A stretch of DNA of 41,076 nucleotides, taken from positions 1 to 41,076 of the forward strand of contig JAOZIF010000192.1 of the NCBI GenBank assembly GCA_026014495.1. The letters run 5' to 3'. The notes under the pieces were generated by a model. It was given only the letters and a program-made list of their open reading frames with translations. It was not told the origin of the DNA and searched no databases. Of this stretch, positions 37,085 through 41,076 are shown piece by piece; position 1 is the stretch's first letter; every line of letters begins with the position of its first letter. The translations under genes were made by a program, and so were the position numbers. The DNA is from Candidatus Bathyarchaeum sp. (GTDB lineage: Archaea; Thermoproteota; Bathyarchaeia; Bathyarchaeales; Bathyarchaeaceae).

Positions 37085-37504
37085 ATGGTCAAGGTAGAAG
37101 ACTACGAAGTGCCTGAAAACCTATGTTACCACAAAGAATACCTCTGGGCTAAAAAAGAAGACGATGGTAAAGTAAAAATCGGAATGATCGATTTTGCTCA
37201 GAAACAGCTCCACGACATCGTATATGTTGAACTTCCAAGCGTAGGTGACACCATAACCCAGAATGAACCCTTCGGAACCCTAGAGTCCGTGAAAGCAGTC
37301 TCAGACCTAGTTGCTCCAGTAAACGGCACGATTGAAGCCGTAAATGAAGAACTGGAATCAAAACCTGAGCTACTCAACGAAGACCCCTATGGCGAGGGAT
37401 GGATTCTAATAGTATCCCCATCAAATCTAGATGAAGATCTGAAAGCAATTCTGGACTTCAATGCAGCTGTAGAGTGGCACAAAGAACTCGCAAAAGAGGG
37501 TTAA
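37085..37504 (+). CDS. gcvH: Glycine cleavage H protein-like lipoyl carrier
   Basis: IGMIDFAQKQLHDIVYVELP, GTLESVKAVSD (lipoyl Lys), NEDPYGEGWI. Start moved to ATG 37085, after GAAGGTGG. Confidence 0.93.
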   Translation: MVKVEDYEVPENLCYHKEYLWAKKEDDGKVKIGMIDFAQKQLHDIVYVELPSVGDTITQNEPFGTLESVKAVSDLVAPVNGTIEAVNEELESKPELLNEDPYGEGWILIVSPSNLDEDLKAILDFNAAVEWHKELAKEG

Positions 37505-37654
37505 CCGGGCTTTATCGGTAAGCACCTTTTAGGTTTTCCTCGGAAAACATGTGAGGTTCTTAATAGGGGTTAATCCAAAACCATTTTTTTAATAAAAGAT
37601 TTTTTATCTATGATTAGACAATTACTATGAAAGTTAAATAAGCTGGAATCCATA

Positions 37655-37843
37655 ATGGCAAAAATCCATAACCAAATACTCAAATTGCTATCAGAAAAAC
37701 CAATGACCCTCCCTGAGATTGCAGAACAACTCGAATACACCGAAAAAAAAGTTTTTAACGCCTTAAAGAAGCTCTTCAGCGACGGGAAAGTCAACTCCAA
37801 CGCAAAAACTCGTCAATACTATCTTGCAGACGAGCAAAGCTAA
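37655..37843 (+). CDS. Small winged-HTH protein
   Basis: ILKLLSEKPMTLPEIAEQLEYTEKKVFNALKKL...YYL. Confidence 0.75.
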   Translation: MAKIHNQILKLLSEKPMTLPEIAEQLEYTEKKVFNALKKLFSDGKVNSNAKTRQYYLADEQS

Positions 37844-37937
37844 AACTTTTTGTTCAATTTTTAACTTGAACTATCAACTGAGAATAAGATTAATATGGAA
37901 ACCAGTTATTACTTTGACAGCCAGAGTTGAGATTTAA

Positions 37938-39278
37938 ATGCCCCGAAAAATTGTAATTATTGGAGCTCATGCTGCAGGTCTTGATGCGGCTTCTGCAGCG
38001 CGTAAAACCGATAGAACCGCTGAAATCACTCTTATAACAAAAGAGAAAAAAGCAGCATACTCCCGTTGCGGTCTTCCCTTTGTTCTGGGTGGACACATAA
38101 AAACATTCGATGACCTTGTGGTTTTTCCTGACAGATTCTACAAAATGATGAAACTAAACCTTCTAACTGAGACCACAGTAACGAATGTCGATTCTAAAGC
38201 AAAAACTGTAGATATACAGGACAAAAGTGGAAACAAAGATACACTTTCGTATGATAGTTTAATTATCGCCACTGGAGCTGACCCATTCTTGCCTCCCATT
38301 AAAGGCCGGGACAAAAAGGGAATTTTTGTTGTTCGAACCATAAACGATGGAGAAAGAATCAACAAAGCAATTGAAATCGCACAATCAGCAGTGATTATCG
38401 GCGCTGGGCTAATAGGTCTTGAAGTTGCAGTGGCATGCCTTGAACGTGGACTAAAAACCACAGTTGTTGAATTCCTGCCGTATGTTCTTCCTGTTCTCTT
38501 GGACAAAGCAATGGCTGACCACGTCCAGAAAGCGCTTGAAGAAAAAGGTCTAAACATAATTGTCGGGAAAGGAGCAGAAGAATTCCTTGGAACCGACAAA
38601 GTTACTGGAGTACTTGTTGCAGGCGAAACAATTCCAGCAGACTTGGTAGTTGTAGCCACAGGGGTACGCTCTAACCTTGAATTGGCAAAAAATGCTGGAG
38701 TAGAACTTGGAAAACAGGGCATAAAAACCAACGTGAGAATGGAAACTAACATCAAAGATGTTTACGCAGCTGGAGACTGCGCCGAATCGATATACTTAGT
38801 CACTAGTAGACCTATGATGAGCCAGCTTGGAACCACCGCTGTACGCCAAGCAAAAGTTGCAGGAATCAATTCTGCTGGAGGCTACTCCACATTTACCGGA
38901 GCTTTAGGTTCTTGGATTACTCGATTGTTTGACACCGAAGTCGGTGGAACTGGACTTACAGAATTCATGGCTGGGCGTTCAGGAATAGAAACAGTTTCTG
39001 CAACACTGGTTTCTAAAACAAGGGCTGATTACTTCCCTGGTGCATTGCCTGTCAGAGTCAAGCTCGTCGCAGACAAAGAAACAGGTAAGCTAATTGGCGG
39101 TCAAATAATTGGTGGCGAAGAAGTAACCCAACGCATAAACGTCTTATCATTTGCTATCCTAAACGAAATGACCATCCAAGAATTTGCAAAAGCTGAAACC
39201 TGCTACGCACCCCCCGTCTCCGAAACATGGGAGCCTATGGTCTTAGCTGCAGAAATGTTACTTAGAAAACTTAAGTAA
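37938..39278 (+). CDS. FAD-dependent pyridine nucleotide-disulfide oxidoreductase, CoA-disulfide reductase/NADH oxidase family
   Basis: Single redox Cys in YSRCGLP, IATGA, GAGLIGLE, YAAGDCA, and C-terminal CYAPP. Confidence 0.88.
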   Translation: MPRKIVIIGAHAAGLDAASAARKTDRTAEITLITKEKKAAYSRCGLPFVLGGHIKTFDDLVVFPDRFYKMMKLNLLTETTVTNVDSKAKTVDIQDKSGNKDTLSYDSLIIATGADPFLPPIKGRDKKGIFVVRTINDGERINKAIEIAQSAVIIGAGLIGLEVAVACLERGLKTTVVEFLPYVLPVLLDKAMADHVQKALEEKGLNIIVGKGAEEFLGTDKVTGVLVAGETIPADLVVVATGVRSNLELAKNAGVELGKQGIKTNVRMETNIKDVYAAGDCAESIYLVTSRPMMSQLGTTAVRQAKVAGINSAGGYSTFTGALGSWITRLFDTEVGGTGLTEFMAGRSGIETVSATLVSKTRADYFPGALPVRVKLVADKETGKLIGGQIIGGEEVTQRINVLSFAILNEMTIQEFAKAETCYAPPVSETWEPMVLAAEMLLRKLK

Positions 39279-39308
39279 CATATTTGTGTCCCAACTTTAA
39301 AATTCCAA

Positions 39309-39334
39309 GCCTAGCCTTTTTTGTTTGGTTAGGC
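39309..39334 (+). terminator. Hairpin with T-rich loop after the oxidoreductase
   Basis: GCCTAGCC-TTTTTTGTTT-GGTTAGGC, 30 nt after the stop codon. Confidence 0.4.
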
Positions 39335-39436
39335 AACCATAATCTCTTCTTTATAGTTGTCTCATTTTTTGGTTAAAAAGAAAGCTTTATTTGTCCGCTT
39401 ATCTTTAATCGAGTTTCTTGTAAACGGTGATTCCTA

Positions 39437-40381
39437 ATGGGAAAGGAAAAACTAAAGATCGCTTTTTATTGGGCGGCTAGTTGTGGAGGCTGCGAAGTAG
39501 CTGTTCTGGACGTCAACGAGAAAATCTTAGATGTCGTTGCAGCTGCTGACATTGTTTTCTGGCCTGTAGCAATTGACATCAAATACAAAGATGTCGAAGC
39601 TATGCCAGACAAAAGCATAGACGCGTGCTTCTTTAACGGCGCAATAAGAACAGAAGAAAACGAGAAAATGGCTAAACTTCTAAGACAAAAATCAAAGATA
39701 CTTGTGGCTTTTGGGTCATGCGCCAACGATGGGTGTGTAAAAAGCCTCGCAAATCTTTGGAACAAGGACGATGTCTTTGAGCGTGCCTATCTTGAAACTC
39801 AATCAACTGTGAACCCTGAATCTGTGACACCTAAAACGCGTGTCAAAGTCAAGGAGGGAGAACTAGAACTTCCTGAAATATATGACACTGTGAAAACCTT
39901 GCCCCAAACTGTGGATGTTGACTACACCATTTCTGGTTGTCCTCCACCTGTTCCAGCCATACTTAATATGTTCACTGCATTCATAACTGGTAATCTGCCT
40001 CCTAAGGGTTCAAGCTTCTTGCCCGACAAATCAGTTTGTGATGAGTGCCCACGAGAAAAGAAGCACACACAAATCACTGAAATAAAAAGAATCTACGAAA
40101 TTGAAGACGATGGTGTAACCTGTTTCTTGGACCAAGGCGTAATTTGTATGGGTCTAGCTACTCGTGCTGGTTGCGGTTCTCAGTGCCCAAACGTTAACAT
40201 ACCTTGCACTGGTTGTGGCGGTCCAGGTCCCCGTGTGGACGACCAAGGTGCAGCTGCTATTAGTGCTATTGCATCACTCGCAGCCGATTCAGATGTTGTG
40301 AAGCAGGTTGTTGACCCCATAGGAACATTCTACAAGTATTCATTAGCTAATTCTATTCTTAGAAGGAAGGTACAGAAATGA
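39437..40381 (+). CDS. mvhG: [NiFe]-hydrogenase small subunit, group 3 (MvhG-like)
   Basis: YWAASCGGCE, GSCA, SGCPP, CDECP, CFLDQGVICMG...CPNVNIPCTGC. Confidence 0.88.
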   Translation: MGKEKLKIAFYWAASCGGCEVAVLDVNEKILDVVAAADIVFWPVAIDIKYKDVEAMPDKSIDACFFNGAIRTEENEKMAKLLRQKSKILVAFGSCANDGCVKSLANLWNKDDVFERAYLETQSTVNPESVTPKTRVKVKEGELELPEIYDTVKTLPQTVDVDYTISGCPPPVPAILNMFTAFITGNLPPKGSSFLPDKSVCDECPREKKHTQITEIKRIYEIEDDGVTCFLDQGVICMGLATRAGCGSQCPNVNIPCTGCGGPGPRVDDQGAAAISAIASLAADSDVVKQVVDPIGTFYKYSLANSILRRKVQK

Positions 40382-41076
40382 GAGAAATAGTAATCGACCC
40401 AATTACTCGACTAGAAGGACACGGAAAAATAACCATATTCCTAAACGATGCCGGAAACGTTGAAAACGCGTACTTCCAAGTTCCAGAACTTCGAGGCTTT
40501 GAAAAATTCTGTGAAGGAAGACGCGCTGAAGACCTGCCCATAATAACCACCCGAATCTGTGGAGTCTGCCCAGTTGCTCACCACATGGCAGGAGCAAAGG
40601 CATTAGACGCCTCATTCAATGTAGAGCCAACAGAGACCGCCAAGAAACTAAGAGAACTCGAATATTGCGGCTACTTCATCTACGACCACATACTTCACTT
40701 CTATTTCTTGGGTGGTCCAGACTTTGTTGTTGGACCTGACGCTCCCGCAGCTAAACGTAACATTCTTGGAGTAATCGAGAAAGTTGGTTTGGATGTCGCT
40801 GGCGAGGTCATAAAGCACCGTGCTTTTGGACAAAGAATTACAGGCATCATTGGAGGAAGACCCACTCATCCTGTAAGTGCTGCTATGCCAGGAGGTATAG
40901 CTAAATCTCTTAATGAGGAAGAACGGCAAGACATCGAAACCATGCTTAAGAGCTGTCACGAATTCGCTAAATTCAGTCTGAAAATCTTTGATGATGTTGT
41001 TCTAAAGAATGCTGACTATGTTAACTTGATTACAAGTGACCCTTACAACTTGAAGACCTGCTACATGGGTACGGTT
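40378..41076 (+). CDS. mvhA: [NiFe]-hydrogenase large subunit (MvhA-like), truncated by the window end; absent from the ORF track
   Basis: Manual translation MREIVIDPITRLEGH...ELRGFEKF...RICGVCP (L1 motif)...HILHFYFLGGPDF. ATGA overlap with mvhG; the frame stays open to the window end. Confidence 0.9.
   Translation, partial: MREIVIDPITRLEGHGKITIFLNDAGNVENAYFQVPELRGFEKFCEGRRAEDLPIITTRICGVCPVAHHMAGAKALDASFNVEPTETAKKLRELEYCGYFIYDHILHFYFLGGPDFVVGPDAPAAKRNILGVIEKVGLDVAGEVIKHRAFGQRITGIIGGRPTHPVSAAMPGGIAKSLNEEERQDIETMLKSCHEFAKFSLKIFDDVVLKNADYVNLITSDPYNLKTCYMGTV

Noticed and set aside
37938-39278. Dihydrolipoamide dehydrogenase (L protein), suggested by adjacency to gcvH
   Set aside because: Lacks the CxxxxC redox disulfide; it has the single-Cys YSxC and YAPP motifs of the CoADR/NOX family.

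Overview
A 41-kb, gene-dense archaeal chromosomal segment. Gene content (aRF1, Alba, DUF2095, Mvh-type hydrogenase, many TTG/GTG starts) suggests Bathyarchaeia/TACK; this is an inference. No rRNA, tRNA, CRISPR array or transposase is visible. Housekeeping genes include valS, prf1, albA, a stand-alone PurH cyclohydrolase domain, a beta-CASP nuclease, a K+-independent H+-PPase and a P2A ATPase. Four accessory modules stand out. (1) A tight six-gene minus-strand operon (19861-25099) pairs a double-cubane-cluster (DCCP)-like reductase with two different BzdP/BzdQ-type ATP-dependent activases, a BzdM-like ferredoxin, a NapH-like membrane Fe-S protein and a DsbD_2/TauE-like membrane protein. This is the best candidate for an undescribed system. 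(2) An orphan nurA-herA-like pair lacks adjacent mre11/rad50. (3) A LipS1/LipS2 lipoate-assembly set with lplA and gcvH runs into thioredoxin, a CoA-disulfide-reductase-like flavoprotein and mvhG-mvhA, with no mvhD upstream. (4) A non-coding element of about 75-115 bp occurs in three intergenic copies (993, 1635, 26852). Two real CDSs are missing from the ORF track: a 45-aa CxxC-x17-CxxC protein (15563-15700, minus) and the truncated hydrogenase large subunit (40378 to the window end). Family assignments rest on motifs recognised by eye; no database search was run.
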